This document shows, one piece after another, positions 1-13,280 of a DNA stretch of 64,000 nucleotides. The notes under the pieces were generated by a model, which was not told the origin of the DNA, did no database searches, and was given only the letters and a program-made list of their open reading frames with translations. How positions within the stretch are numbered: position 1 is the first letter of the stretch; every line of letters starts with the position of its first letter. A program made the position numbers and the translations under genes. Where the stretch lies: assembly GCA_002104905.1 (NCBI GenBank), contig MCFE01000188.1, positions 62,001 through 126,000 on the forward strand, given 5' to 3'. The stretch is from Basidiobolus meristosporus CBS 931.73. Lineage: Eukaryota > Fungi > Basidiobolomycota.

Positions 1-510
1 GTACCGTCAAGTTCTGCTAGTTTGTAAGATCCATTTTTGTTTGCCTGTATGATCTTGTAGGGACCTTGCCATTGCATATCCAGCTTGGATGCCTTGTTTC
101 TTTGGCTTTTTGTGTTGTGAAGTAGTATCAACTCACCTACTTCTAACAATGTTTTTCTTAGGCATTTTTGAGCGTCAAAGTACTCCTTGCCAGCCATTCT
201 GGATTTCTTCAGGTTTTCTATTGCATTCTGTTGCAGAGTGTGTGCTTGTTGAATCTGTTGTACTCTTGCTAGCAATAGCTCTGATGTTGTCATGGTTGGT
301 TTCCATGGGAGGGTAAGCCAATTTTCAAGAGATATGTCTATCAGCAAAACAGCTTCATGTCCATACATTAAAAAAAATGGTGTATACCCTGTACTTCTCT
401 TAACCATAACTATATCAGCCCAAATTGCTGCATGAAAGTTATTTGCCCACTTGTTGGGTTCTTCATAGCTAAGCTTTGCTAATGTGTTTGCAAAAGCAGA
501 ATGTCCACGT
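1..510 (-). pseudogene. pol: Gypsy B integrase C-half (continuation of 7703-9160)
   Basis: Minus translation resumes RGHSAFANTLAK...AIWAD...STGYTPFFLMYG and, after a frameshift, WQGPYKIIQANKNGSYKLAELDG. Confidence 0.9.
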
Positions 511-1590
511 TGTGGTGGTGTATAAGTCCAAAGGGCAAAATACGGCCAACACTTCTCAAGTGTGAATGTGTGTGGGGTGTTCACTGGGTGCGATAACCTC
601 TGGCAAAAGCTTGCTAGGAATACTGGGTCTTTTGTCTAATCTAATGTGATGGGGGATAAAGCCTCAAGCTTGTCAAGGGAAAACTATTGAACTACAATCC
701 CCAACTTAGTTGGCGTCTTAACAAAAGTTTATAATGGCTTTGACGTCCTTTGAGATGACAATGTACTAAAGCTTCCAAAGTCAAAACAACTGTAAACTCC
801 ACCAACAGGGACTTGATAAGAATGCAGCTTTGACCAATAGTTACAAAGACTGAAAAGTATCTTTGCCTGTACAAGAACAAGCTTGGGAAAACAAACAAAT
901 ATAATAAAATATACCTACTCTGAGTATTCCTCACAAGTAGTGCCTCCAAGGTCAGTTGGCTGTCAGCGCGGTTTCCTGGGAGTGTTGTCAGGTCTGGGTC
1001 AGAAAATAGTGGTAATAGGTAGCGGTGATCTCACTAATCAATAAGTCAGAATATTGGAAGAGGGATGATTTATTTTAAGGGATAGCCTCCCTTATATACT
1101 TTTTTGCTGCTCAAATTCTTGCTAGAAAATACTTTCCGGAAGTTTCCAGAAGGTAGTAGACAGCCAATCATGTCATTGAGTACTAAAAATAGCGCAAATT
1201 CTTGGCAGATTGTTCCATGAGACATAGTAGCACTTAGCCAATCAGGTAGTGGTAATATGAAACCTCTGTGTCATGTGGTTGCCTCTTATGGTAGTAAGAT
1301 GGGAGGGTTATGAAGCCAAGATGGTCACATGACATGGGCACCGTTGGGGTACTTGCCTTATATGGTAACTATCTTATCTTGGCATCTTGGCAAGGAATAG
1401 GAATAGCTTGTGCTATGGGTTAATAGTGACAAATAGTTTGTCAGGTTGCATAGTAATAATCACAAAGACAGAAATAGGAAATATTGCAAATTTGGGATGA
1501 TAATAATATAGGCGGGGTAATCCTTTTTAGGGAAGTGAACGCATAAGAATGAGCACATCTGCCTGTGGGTGTCACTGTGACCCCACTACA
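511..1590 (-). repeat. 3' LTR of gypsy A (1080 bp)
   Basis: Direct repeat of 6624-7702; by eye about 6 substitutions plus one 1-bp indel (~99% identity). Confidence 0.97.
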
Positions 1591-1604
1591 TCCACCCCCC
1601 TCTC
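1591..1604 (-). promoter_or_regulatory. Polypurine tract of gypsy A
   Basis: Minus strand GAGAGGGGGGTGGA immediately before the 3' LTR. Confidence 0.9.
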
Positions 1605-1629
1605 AGCTTTGAACTCAGGTCAAAGCAAA

Positions 1630-4600
1630 CTAAATGTGATGTGTGAAATTCCGGTGCTTGAATAGCTTAAGTCTGTTTCCTGCCACAGGTGCTCTCAGCG
1701 GTGTTTCATCAAGTTCAGACAGGTAGTAGCTTCCATTTCCAATCACCTTAGAGATAATATATGGGCCAGACCACTTATTGTCAAATTTGTGACTCCACTG
1801 CTTGTCTAAAGTGGAATCATAGAGCAGTACTGGATCTCCTTGCAGTAATGGCTTTGGTCTAAGGCTATGTGACTTGTCAAATGGTTCCTTGTTCTGAAGT
1901 CTTGTCTCTTTGAGTTTAGCAGCTGCTTGGGTAATATCAAGTTCATGGTGATCAAGCTGTTTGATGCATGTAGTCAGTAGTTCTTCTGTACTCATTGTAG
2001 TCCTCCACTCTAGCATGTTCCAGGATGTTGAGTCAAGCTCTATGGGGAGAATGCAATTGTGTCCATAAAGCAATTTGAATGGAGATAGGCCTGTGCTGCG
2101 TTTTGTAGTGATTCTATCTGCCCAGAGTGCTAGATGAAGTTGTCTAGGCCACTGTAGTGTCATGTTGTTGCAGCTCTTGACTAGGGAGTTAACTAAGGGG
2201 CCATGGCCCCTTTCAACCATTCCATTGGCCTGTGGGTGATACACGGTGGTGAAAGCAATATGAATCTTGTACTGTGAGCAGAGTTCCTGGATCATATTTG
2301 AAGTCATTTCTCCTCGGTCAGCAACAAATTGGCTGATGCAGCCAAATCTGCATATTATATCTTCAAGAATAAATCTCCATATGGTGTGGCTTTTGTTATT
2401 GGATAGGGCTCAAGCTTCTACCCACCCACTCAGATCATCTCTGGCAACAACAAGGTACTTCTTGGTTCCAGCAGTTGGCATGTGGACCAGGTCAATGCCA
2501 ACCTTCTGCCATAAACAAGGTGTGTAGGTTGGATGGAGCGGCTCCTCATATCTCTTAGTTGACCTTCTTTGGCAAATGTCACAAGATTCAACAAAGTGTT
2601 GGACATCATGATACATATGCTCCCAGTAGTATCTACTGGAAACAACATTGTAAGTGGCGTCTCTGCCTCTATGGCCACCGGGTCTTCCTTCATGAAGGCT
2701 TGACATAATAGTCAGTTGTTCCTGGGGCTCAACTATAACTCTCCTTGGTGTCTGTCCAGGCTTTACTCGTTTGAAGAGGAGGCCATCCTTTATGTAGAAA
2801 TGATGGGCCTTATTCCTGAGCTTTCTGAAATCAAGTGAGCTCATTCCTGGTGGCTTCTCTAAGGTTCTCAGATAGTCTTGAATGGTGTTCCACGTAGAGT
2901 TGCTGGGCTTCTTCACATGTAGTTGTTGGATTTCTGCATCAATCATGTCATCAAAGTCAGGGTCCATATCTTGAGACAACTGTGGTCCCTTCCTAGAGAG
3001 TGCATTGGCCACAACATTTGTCTTGCCAGGGATATGTCTGACCTCAAAGTCAAACATTTTCAGCCATGCCATCCACCGATTTGTGGCATCATCAGGTAGG
3101 TCAGGCTTGTTGATCATTCCTATAAGTGGCTTAGCATCTGTCTCCAGGATGAAATGTGTCATGTAAAGTTGTGATTTCAGCTTTCTCAGCATCTTCACAA
3201 CTCCTAGTAGCTCTCTCTTAATCTGTGAGGATCTTTGTTCTCTAGGAGAGAAGAGGCAGCTCTCATATCTGCAGGCATAGCGGTTGCCATCTTCATCATC
3301 TTGGCCAAGTAGTGCTGCAGCTTCTATAGGGCTTGCATCCACTGTCAAGATAGGTGGGCATTCAGTGCTCTGATAGTCAAGAGGTCTCAGAACTGGTGGA
3401 GATACTAAGGCCTCTTTTAGTAATTGCATGGCTTCTTCTTGCTCTTCTCCCCAGTTAAATGGGGCATTCTTTCTCTGTAGTTGGTAGATTGGATCTGCTA
3501 TCACAGAAAATCTTGGGATCCAGATCCTAAAGAACCCACAAGCTGCCACAAAGCCACAAGCTTGTGTTAGATTTGTGGGGGTAGGCCAGTTGCATATTTT
3601 TTGTGTCTTGGAGTCTCTGGGTGAGCGACCAAAGGTGTTGCATTTTTGTCCAACAATGGATATCTCTGATACACCAAAGCTGCTTTTCTCACCACTGATG
3701 GTGAGTCCAGCTTCTTCAATGGCTCCTAATATGGCATCATTGTCTGAAATATGGTCATAGACAAACTTTCTTACTCCAGGCATAACTTCAGTTGTGTCCC
3801 GGAGTTCTGGTCCTTTGATGCCTATGTCATCAACAAAGACAGCAAGTTTCTCAGGTATAAACTGGTTGAGCACATTTACCATGCATCTCTGGAACTGAGC
3901 CACGGAGTTTGTTGCCCCTTGGCTAAGTCTTGTCATTCTTAACAGTCCAAATGGTGTCTGGAGTGCAAACATCTCTCTTGATGTCTCATCTAGGGGGATC
4001 TGGTCATATCCTGAGTAGAGATCATATGTTGAGTAGATGGAGTGACCACTTAAGCTTTCTGCAAAGTCATCAATAGACGGAGGTATTGTGGCATCTCTGA
4101 TGGTGACAGCATTTGCAGGTTGCATGTCTTGAATGAATTGGAGCTTCCCATTCTTCTTTTTGGTCACAAACCATCTGTTAGCATAAGGTCCATGGCAAGG
4201 TTCTAGGATACCAGCTTCAATCTTCTTCTTAAGTAGGTCATGCACATCAGCTTAGAGTCCTCTAGGTAGTGGGTAAGGGTTAAATGACCAGGGTGTGTGG
4301 GGCACTGTATGAATCTTGATAGGTTTTTCAACCGATGTCTTTAAGAGTCCCATCTCCTTGTCATTATATGAGAAAACCTTATCATGCCTTTTCAGGGTTT
4401 CTTCAAGTAGTAAGATCTCCTCTGGTGTTAGGTTTCCATCACCAATGATAAGTTGCTTAAGTCTCTCAGGTGTGAGTCGTATATCTTCTGGTGTTCTCTC
4501 TGGTGATCTGATGTAATCAGCAGGTTGAGATCCATCAGTTAAAGGCAAAAGTGATGGTCTAATCTTCTGTTCCACTGTCTTGTATTTTGTGCAAACCATA

Positions 4601-6483
4601 GCTGTCTGCTCCCGTATACCTAATGAGCAGCTCCAACTGTTAGGGTGTATACTGTCAGGCTCCTCATCTTCTTCTATAACAAGATGTGTCGTCTGGCAAG
4701 CGGTATGTGTCCTCTAATTGTTGGGTGTTACCCCACAGAATGTTGACTGTAGTCCTGGGTTGGATCCTTGTATAGTGTACCACACTGACCCATCAGAATA
4801 GTTGGTAGTTGTAGCCTTAGTACTGGTCTCCCATGGTCTGCCTACCAGAAGGTCAAAGTTTGCCTTCTGGCAGATAAAGAGGGGAAGCCAGACCTTGATT
4901 CCTTGTAACTCAATAGGGAACTTGTGCACTACACCATAGAGTGGGCTAGATCCTGAGTTTGCATCAGTCATGTTCCATCCAATATCTCTATCAACAGGCA
5001 GTAGCTCCTTGCTTCTAAGTGTCTTCCAGAAGTCTAGCGGCATAACACAAATCTCCAAACCACTGTCAATATGGCAGTCAACAGGGTCATCATAAATATA
5101 CCCTTTCACCACAGCAGTTGCAACTGAGTAAAAGGTCTTATATTTGGTAGCGTTGTCATCTTTTTTGTGGTCTTCATGGTTTGTCTGGATTATATGGGTG
5201 TCCATATGTTCAACAGCTTGTCTTCTTGTTCTAAGCTGCTCATCAAAGGTCTTCCTAACAGACGGTGATACACTCATGATTTCTCCAACTGACAAAGTGA
5301 GGTTCTGCTTCAGTAGTTTCTCAGTAATCAATTGGGGGCTTGAGTAGCCTGCTATCTTTAAGGTCATCTGAAAGTGAGGTAATGGGTCTTGGGTAGGCAG
5401 TGTTCCAGGCCTCTTGTCAATAATAACCTCAGGCTCTTCAAATTGTGGTCTTCTAAGGATGGGTTTGACAGGTTCTTCAGGAAGGTGTTTCTTAGTAGCA
5501 AAGGTGTCTACTTCGTATTTTCTGTTGTCAGGGCTGTTTGGACTCACTGTATGAGTCTCAATAGGGGCATCAACAGTAATCTTTCTAGTTGCTGAGTCAG
5601 ACTTCTGGAAAAGGGCTCTCATTCCACCTCTTTGGAAATTAGTGGGAATCCTTTTTCCGTCCTTATCAGCAAGCATTCGATCAGCATCAAACTGTACTGT
5701 TCCTTCTCTAAGTAGCTGGCTAAGCTCTGAGCATTCATGTCTGGCATGCTGAGTAGAGTCACACCAAATGCAGTGTCTAGGCAGAGCTCTTTGGCCCTCA
5801 GTAGCTACCTTGGCTGAGCCGTTAATCTTGAGGGCTAGCTTTTGTAGCTGTTCAGCAAGTTGGTCAATTCTGTTGGTAGTGTAGGTCTGATTGTCAGCAA
5901 CAGCACTCTTTAGCTCCTTGGTTGGCTGGTCTGGCAGATTAGATGTCAGGAGTCTCATAAAGGTAGAAGTTTGCTTTGCCTCTAGGAGTACACGTTTCAT
6001 CTCTGCAAAGCAAGGAATGCCAGACTTGTCATCCTTGGCTGCATGTAGGTCAACTTTCCTTGCCAATTCCTGGGGAAGTCCTTGTGCAAGGTAAAGTGTC
6101 ATGGTAAACTCAGTTATCGCCTGGGACTCTAGGAGTGGCTTGGCCATATCTTCATATTGTTGAATGAACTCTTCAAGTGGTAGCTTGGAGAGTCCCATCC
6201 TTCCAAAGTGTCTGAGGTCTTCAATTCCATAGTATATCTGGGGTCTGCCATACTTGGTCTGTAGGTAGGTCTTCATTAAGGTCCAGTCAGTCAGAATGTC
6301 TCCTTGTCTGAGAAGCTTGGTAGTAATATCATCAGTACAGTAGTAGGGGAAGTCTTCAGCCATTTCTTGTTCAGATAGGCTGCACATCTTGCAGAGCTTC
6401 TCCCATTTGAATATGAAGCTCTCCACATTCTTTCCATCAAACTGTGGGGCTCCATGTGAAAGTGGTAATGGCATAGAGTTCAT
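1630..6483 (-). pseudogene. gag-pol: Gypsy A Gag-Pol polyprotein: one reading frame with three premature stops
   Basis: ORFs 4714-6483, 4252-4599, 2410-4245 and 1630-2307 are all in one frame, separated by TAG (4714-16), TAA (4252-54) and TGA (2410-12). Motifs: protease HIDSG, RT YDLYSGYDQI and FVDD, RNase H TVDAS/ETDAKPL, integrase HHCC and GIDL...ADRGE...ANGMVER, C-terminal GPY. Confidence 0.95.
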
Positions 6484-6601
6484 TTTGGGTAGGTAGGTTG
6501 GTGTTATAGTCTTGATAATATTGGTAGTCTTGTTTCAATAAATGGGTAACGGCTCAAATCTTCAGGTAAATCTTGTTGGGTCCTAGGGAGCTTGTATGAA
6601 C

Positions 6602-6619
6602 CCCCCATGTTGGGTGCCA
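6602..6619 (-). promoter_or_regulatory. Primer-binding site, tRNA-Lys-like
   Basis: Minus strand reads TGGCACCCAACATGGGGG, 4 nt after the 5' LTR; 15/18 match to the known tRNA-Lys1,2 PBS TGGCGCCCAACGTGGGGC. Confidence 0.8.
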
Positions 6620-6623
6620 ACTT

Positions 6624-7702
6624 TGTGGTGGTGTATAAGTCCAAAGGGCAAATACGGCCAACACTTCTCAAGTGTGAATGTGTGTGGGGTGTTCACTGGG
6701 TGCAATAACCTCTGGCAAAAGCTTGCTAGGAATACTGGGTCTTTTGTCTAATCTAATGTGATGGGGGATAAAGCCTCAAGCTTGTCAAGGGAAAACTATT
6801 GAACTACAATCCCCAACTTAGTTGGCGTCTTAACAAAAGTTTATAATGGCTTTGATGTCCTTTGAGATGACAATGTACTAAAGCTTCCAAAGTCAAAACA
6901 ACTGTAAACTCCACCAACAGGGACTTGATAAGAATGCAGCTTTGACCAATAGTTACAAAGACTGAAAAGTATCTTTGCCTGTACAAGAACAAGCTTGGGA
7001 AAACAAACAAATATAATAAAATATACCTACTCTGAGTATTCCTCACAAGTAGTGCCTCCAAGGTCAGTTGGCTGTCAGCGCGGTTTCCTGGGAGTGTTGT
7101 CAGGTCTGGGTCAGAAAATAGTGGTAATAGGTAGTGGTGATCTCACTAATCAATAAGTCAGAATATTGGAAGAGGGATGATTTATTTTAAGGGATAGCCT
7201 CCCTTATATACTTTTTTGCTGCTCAAATTCTTGCTAGAAAATACTTTCCGGAAGTTTCCAGAAGGTAGTAGACAGCCAATCATGTCATTGAGTACTAAAA
7301 ATAGCGCAAATTCTTGGCAGATTGTTCCATGAGACATAGTAGCACTTAGCCAATCAGGTAGTGGTAATATGAAACCTCTGTGTCATGTGGTTGCCTCTTA
7401 TGGTAGTAAGATGGGAGGGTTATGAAGCCAAGATGGTCACATGACATGGGCACCGTTGGGGTACTTGCCTTATATGGTAACTATTTTATCTTGGCATCTT
7501 GGCAAGGAATAGGAATAGCTTGTGCAATGGGTTAATAGTGACAAATAGTTTGTCAGGTTGCATAGTAATAATCACATAGACAGAAATAGGAAATATTGCA
7601 AATTTGGGATGATAATAATATAGGCGGGGTAATCCTTTTTAGGGAAGTGAACGCATAAGAATGAGCACATCTGCCTGTGGGTGTCACTGTGACCCCACTA
7701 CA
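6624..7702 (-). repeat. 5' LTR of gypsy A (1079 bp)
   Basis: Direct repeat of 511-1590; followed on the minus strand by the PBS. Confidence 0.97.
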
Positions 7703-9160
7703 ACGTTCAGCTGGAGAATTTGCTTGTGGGTGATATGGCATAGTATGTATAAGCTTGGTTCCATGCTTTGTTGCTAGTGCTTGTTTTTCATAAGATCCAC
7801 ATTCTCCATTGTCTGCAATTACATCTTCTTTGAGAAATCTTGCTACTGCTTTTGCATTGGCTTGTTTCAGCATTCTAGCCTCTATCCAACCAGTAAAGTT
7901 ATCACAACAGTCCACCACATACTTATACCCAGCTGTTGCCCTTGGTAAATGTATAATACCTACATGTGCAATTTGCCAAGCATAAGATGTGTATATACTG
8001 TGAAGTGGTTCATGCATCTTTTGGTTGTCTCTTCTTTGACATGGAATACACAATTTCACATATTCTTTTGTGTCAGTGTACAGCATTGGCCAGAAATACC
8101 GTAAGGAGATTTTTGCATATGTTGATGTAATTCCCTTATGACCTCCTGATTTAGATTCATGTAATTCTTGAATGATCTTCTCTTGATCATGCTTGTTATG
8201 TATAAACCGTTGAGGGACTCCATGTTTACTTTTTCTGAAAAGTGTGCCATCATGCAGTATAAACTTCAGAACCTTCCTTTTAAGATTTGTACGTTGATTT
8301 GTGAGAATATCAGCAGGAACTTTGAGTGATGTCAGAAATTCCTTGATTTGTTGATAATTGCTTTGTATCATATGTCTGAATGAGAATCCAAGACTAGTGT
8401 TTTCAAGAAACTCATCAATCTCATCATCATCATCAGTTGAGTACTGTGAGTTTGGTTGCTTTCTATATAAGGCATCAGGTTCTTTGTGATTGGCTCCTGG
8501 TATCTGTTGCAGCGTAAAGTCAAAGATCTGGATGTATGATATCCACCATGCTAGAATAGGATCAGGCAAAAGCTCCAACTTATTCAACATTCCTAATAAT
8601 GGCTTGGCATCAACCTCCAGTGTGAAGTGTACTCCTAATAAGTATGGCCTTAGCTTTTTGTGTACATAGAGTACTCCCAGTGCTTCTTTCTTGATAGATG
8701 GATAGTTAAGCTCATTCCCTTTGAATAGTCTACTAAGATATTTGCAAGGTTGTTGATGATGATCTTTTGAAACTTGAATCATGATTCCACCAACCCCAAT
8801 TCCAGAGCTATCAACTGATACAATGATTGGTTGTGAATCAATTACACTGTAGTCTATAGCTGCTAAGACAGGTGGCTTTGATAATGACTCAAGCAATGTT
8901 GACATAGCATTTGCCTGTTCTTCATGCCATTCAAATTTCTGGTTTTTCTGTAATAACTGAGTCAGTGGCTTAGCAATTTGAGCATAGTTCTTGATCCAGA
9001 TTCTGAATAGACCAGTAAGTCCTAATAGTTGTCTGACTTGATGAATATTCCTTGATGGCTTCCAATTTGGTGCCAATGAAAGTTTTGCAGGATCAGGCAA
9101 TCTCCCTTTTTCAGTAACAAGTTCACCTAGAATGATTGCTTTGTTGTAGCCAAACTTGGA
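7703..9160 (-). pseudogene. pol: Older Ty3/gypsy (family B) RT end, RNase H and integrase N-half, interrupted by element A
   Basis: ORF 7553-9100: SVDSSGIGVGG, EVDAKPL, HHCC, GWIEAR, ADNGE, YHPQANSPAER, then runs into the A LTR. Confidence 0.92.
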
Positions 9161-9435
9161 TAGTTAGCTCCATCTGACTTTTTGGCAGAGAAAAAAGTTT
9201 CAGTGATGGCAGTAGTAGACACTGCAGAGAGTGACAGCTTGGGACTCATAACCTGTGGTAAGAGCTTGGAGATATTGGAAGTGATTGGAAAAACAAGTAA
9301 ATACATGGTTTTCACTTAATGATTTATTGCATGTAAAAGTAGTATTTATACTTCTACGTGCTCTTGACATTACAAACACAAAGATTAGATTAAGGAAGGT
9401 CTCAAGAACATGTGTGCAAAGTTTAGAGCTGTTAG
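9160..9435 (-). mobile_element. Copia C fragment: 3' part of the 5' LTR, PBS and gag start
   Basis: Reverse complement matches ~16825-17100, including GGTTATGAGTCCC and MSPKLSLS...DGANY. Confidence 0.88.
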
Positions 9436-12400
9436 CATGGCAGTATTGTGGCTTACAGCTAGTTCTGTACAATGCTACTATACCAATTTACCAAATGGTA
9501 TTTCCTTTTTTACCTCCCATGGTGCATTTCATATATTCTACTGTAGTATCACCCGTCTTTATTTGCTTACCCACTACTACCTTGGGTATTCCACATATAT
9601 TTCAAATCAAAAAATATTATGACCTGCTGCTTACTAACCTCTGTAAATAAGCACACCCGCAACAATTGACATACTTCTATTACCTCAACTTTACGGCTTT
9701 TTAGTGTGATACTAGCACAGTTGCTATATACCTTGCACTGCTGGTAACATATCCATCTTGCAAACATATGACTTGTGTGGCAAAACTCTGGCTGGGATAC
9801 TTGTAAAGCTCCCTATGCTGTCTGCATGCTTCATAGCTTAGAGGCTTGCTACAATAGCCACGGTCTTTATTCTCTTCTCTTACAGCATATAATAAAAGTA
9901 GTCTTGTCCATGGGGCAAACAGTTTGACTTTTAGCATTGTAATGCTATCATATCACTTTTTGGTCAATACTCATGTAAATTTAAGACAGTCTTGTACTTG
10001 AGACATTGCACCTACATGAATGCAAGATTTAATGATGACCTGCCCATGTAGGCATTGTATGTAAAGTTGTGACACCACATACCCATGTATATGCAACACT
10101 ATTTCCCCTTTGGTTTGATTCACTTCCACATATCTGCCCCCAAAAAATAAAGCAAACTTGCCTGGTTCTCAACCAAACCCCACCACTGACAGCAGCAGAA
10201 GAACAGTTGGACAACAGCTTGCTTTGACATTCAATGCAACAAGAAAGTCTGCATCCAAAAAAGCCATGCTGACAGTGTGCCCACCAAAGGCAATAATGTG
10301 GACTCCTCAGGCTCTCAGTCAAGTAGGCAATTGGGAACTTCTGCAGAGCCAGAAGCTGACTGTTATGCTCAGGCAGATGAGAGTGTAGCAAACTCAGTAC
10401 CTTCAGTTGAAGGCCAGCAAGTGGCTGTCATAACATCACCATCACCCATATTAGCCAGTATGTTGTTAGCTCATACTAAAGCATTAATGAGGCAATTAGG
10501 TGCAGTGGCTGATAGGATAGATGCAATGGCACAGAGAATTCAGGAAATAGTCACAAAACAGGATGAGCAGAAAAAAAATGTAGAGCAATCAATTTCCCTG
10601 GTAAAGAAAGCAGTATCTTTGCTGCAAAGAAGTAACTCAAGAAGCACAATGTCACAGCCAAGAATTGAGCAATTTCCCGGTGTAACAACAGAGGAACACC
10701 ATACAGTCTTTGAAGCACAACAACAGTACTCAAAGACAAGGCCCACAGAAAAACCTATCACAGCATGGGAGTGAGACAATGTGGTGCATACACCAAAGCC
10801 TAAAAATCAAAGACATTGAATACCTGTGAAGCCATTGAGTGCAATAATGAAGAGTGGGCTAATATTCAAGAGGCTGTAAGTAGTCTAACACATCATCACC
10901 TTAAGGCTGGCATACCATAGGACTATCAAGGACTCAGGGCCAAGCAGAATGTGCTTGACTTGTTCCATGAGCATTATCCTGGATTCAGACAGGCAAACAG
11001 ATTTTGGGCCAGCATTGGTATGCTAAGAAAGTATCTCAAGAATAGCAGAAACTATCAAATGCAGAAGAACAAGGGTACCATGGCCAGAAGCCAGTGGCTT
11101 CCTCAAGAGCCTTTTACAAGCAGGGCCAAACCTCCAGACAAGCATCCAAGAGACATCAAGTAGCTGGAAGAGTGCCAATAAGGGACAAGCAAGCAGACAG
11201 AGAAGCATCAGCACAACATTTATCAAGGAAACAGCATAGTGCCACTCAAGAAGCACTGTGTTAAAGTAGCAGTGGAGGACCTGACAGTGATAAAAACCAG
11301 CCGTTTTCTCAGGAGGCTGTCACAACTACAGCTAAGAGCTCAAAATAAGTGGTGAAGAAACCTAAAGTTGCCAGGAGAGTGCCAATGAGGGATAAGTAGG
11401 CCAAAACAGATGTATTGAAGCAGAATTTATCAAGGAGAAATGTAGTTCATCACAAGAAGCACTCAGACAAAGTAGCAGTGAAAGACCTGGCAGTGATAAA
11501 GGAAAAGGTAAAAGGAAAAATGTCTACCAAAGCCTGAGCCAGGGAAGCATACAAGAAAAAATGCAGTTCTTGCCAATTAATGCCATTGTGGTAGGGTAAA
11601 CATACCTCCCACAGACAAGTTTATTCATATAGCTATTATGATGCACTTGTCCATATTTATCTTATCAGTATTATTCCATCCTTCTTTTGGCCTTGTTATT
11701 AGTGTTATTCCTATATGATGCTTACCCTCATTAGTTATTAGCATTAGTTATCCCAGACATTATTCAGCTTTGTGATTAGTATATGTATCTACACTAGACA
11801 AGTACCTGTGTTAGTACCCGTGACACATGAGCCAAGTCTGTGTTACCAGCCCTGCCATCTCAATACTATATATGGTGTCTCTATGTTGCACAGGTCTCAG
11901 ACTACTGATCCTTGATTGGTTGGATGTGCTGTGCCTTTGAGAACCTTCCTGGACCTTCTTGGCGTATTTTTAGGTCATGGTGATGTCATCAAAAATATCA
12001 CCAAGGCCTGGAATTTCCTAGAACCTTGTCATTAGTAATCACATGGCGTTAAGGAAAAGTATTTAAGGGAAGTCAATCCCTCATCAATAAATCATCCCTT
12101 CTATCAGTAACACTTTCCCCTTATTGATTAGCAGCAGATCACTGCACCTACCTTTGACAGTTACACCTCAGATTTGCCATCAAGGAGCTTTTCGGGGTGG
12201 CTCACAAGACACACAGAAACCTTTGGAGACACTTGCAGCATCTAGGAAGCTAGAGAAGCAGGAGCTTTTACCATAGTGACATATTGACAAAGACACTAGC
12301 AGTTTAGACATAGAGGTTATTGCACCCATCAGACACCTCACACACCTTGAGTTGTGTAGCTTCTCCCAGGAGTACCTCTACACCACTACACCATAAGCGC

Positions 12401-13280
12401 AGAACAGACTGAGTCCCATCATAGCCACAAAGAATTACCAACAAGAAAACAGCTGTTTTCACAAGAGCTGGAAGTGCAGCCAGTTGAGCTACACTCCAGC
12501 AAGGTGGATCAGTTTGCAGAGAAAGGCAATTTGTCTACCACAGCCTCCATATCCTCCATGGTTGACAGAGTGGAGATCCCACTGACAAACAAGGCTATAA
12601 TGTCAAGAACACAAAAAACTATCACAATGCCTTCAGTGGTATTTTGGAACATAAATAGGCACACCAAGAGGTTGCAGCACTTTTTCAATAGCAATGCTCA
12701 AGAAAATGCCCTTGAATATTGCAAGGATTTATTGTAAAAACTGGCAGATGAGGTGCTAGACCTTGCAGTGCTGGCTGAAGACCAGGACATGTGGGAACTA
12801 GTGAATGAACAGTGGCATAAAGCCATTGGGTTCCCTCCAAAATTGTGGAAACAGAGCATCACAGCAGAAATACTTACTGAGTGGTGGACCTTAATGGAGT
12901 TACTTGTTGAGTGTGGGGTGAGGCTTAATGTTAGTGTAGGGTATAAGGACTTGCAAAGGATAGTACAATTGGCAATTGAGCTTCAACTGAAGTCTCAATG
13001 GAAATAAATCAATTTGTAAGCATGAAAAGTAAGAGAAATGGTTGAGACTGGAAGTAAGGAGTGTGAAAAAGAGGCAATAGCCAATCAATGTACACAAATA
13101 TAGGAGGTGATTGAGTGTCTGGGATCAGAAAGTGAGCAAATTGGTGGGGAACCAATCAAATGCTACTTATATATTGTTGTGATGAAAATTTTTGACCAAG
13201 TTTTTTGTGCAATCTTGGGTGCAATTATTTTTCAACAGTTTCTGCACAGTGTCCCAATGCAATCAGTACCTCTAAGTCAT
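9436..13280 (+). mobile_element. CMC/EnSpm family copy, non-autonomous (transposase mostly deleted, second gene retained)
   Basis: Colinear with ~21580-21917 and then ~24273-26970; deletion junction at 9766-9770; interrupted by a solo LTR; termini not seen. Confidence 0.85.
11587..12390 (+). repeat. Solo gypsy-type LTR (family J, 804 bp)
   Basis: TGTGGTAGGG...CACCACTACA with TSD CCAT (11583-86, 12391-94); flanks rejoin to match the CMC copy at ~26070-26110; same start at 63862; partial similarity to the A LTR. Confidence 0.92.

Larger units (their letters stand above)
511..7702 (-). mobile_element. Full-length Ty3/gypsy LTR retrotransposon (family A), recent insertion
   Basis: Two near-identical LTRs with TG...CA ends (511-1590, 6624-7702); TSD ACGT at 507-510 and 7703-7706; PBS and PPT adjacent to the LTRs; Gag-PR-RT-RH-IN domain order. 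Confidence 0.97.

Noticed and set aside
692-949. 85-aa hydrophobic ORF duplicated at 6804-7061
   Set aside because: It lies inside the LTR, so the duplication is expected; no coding evidence.
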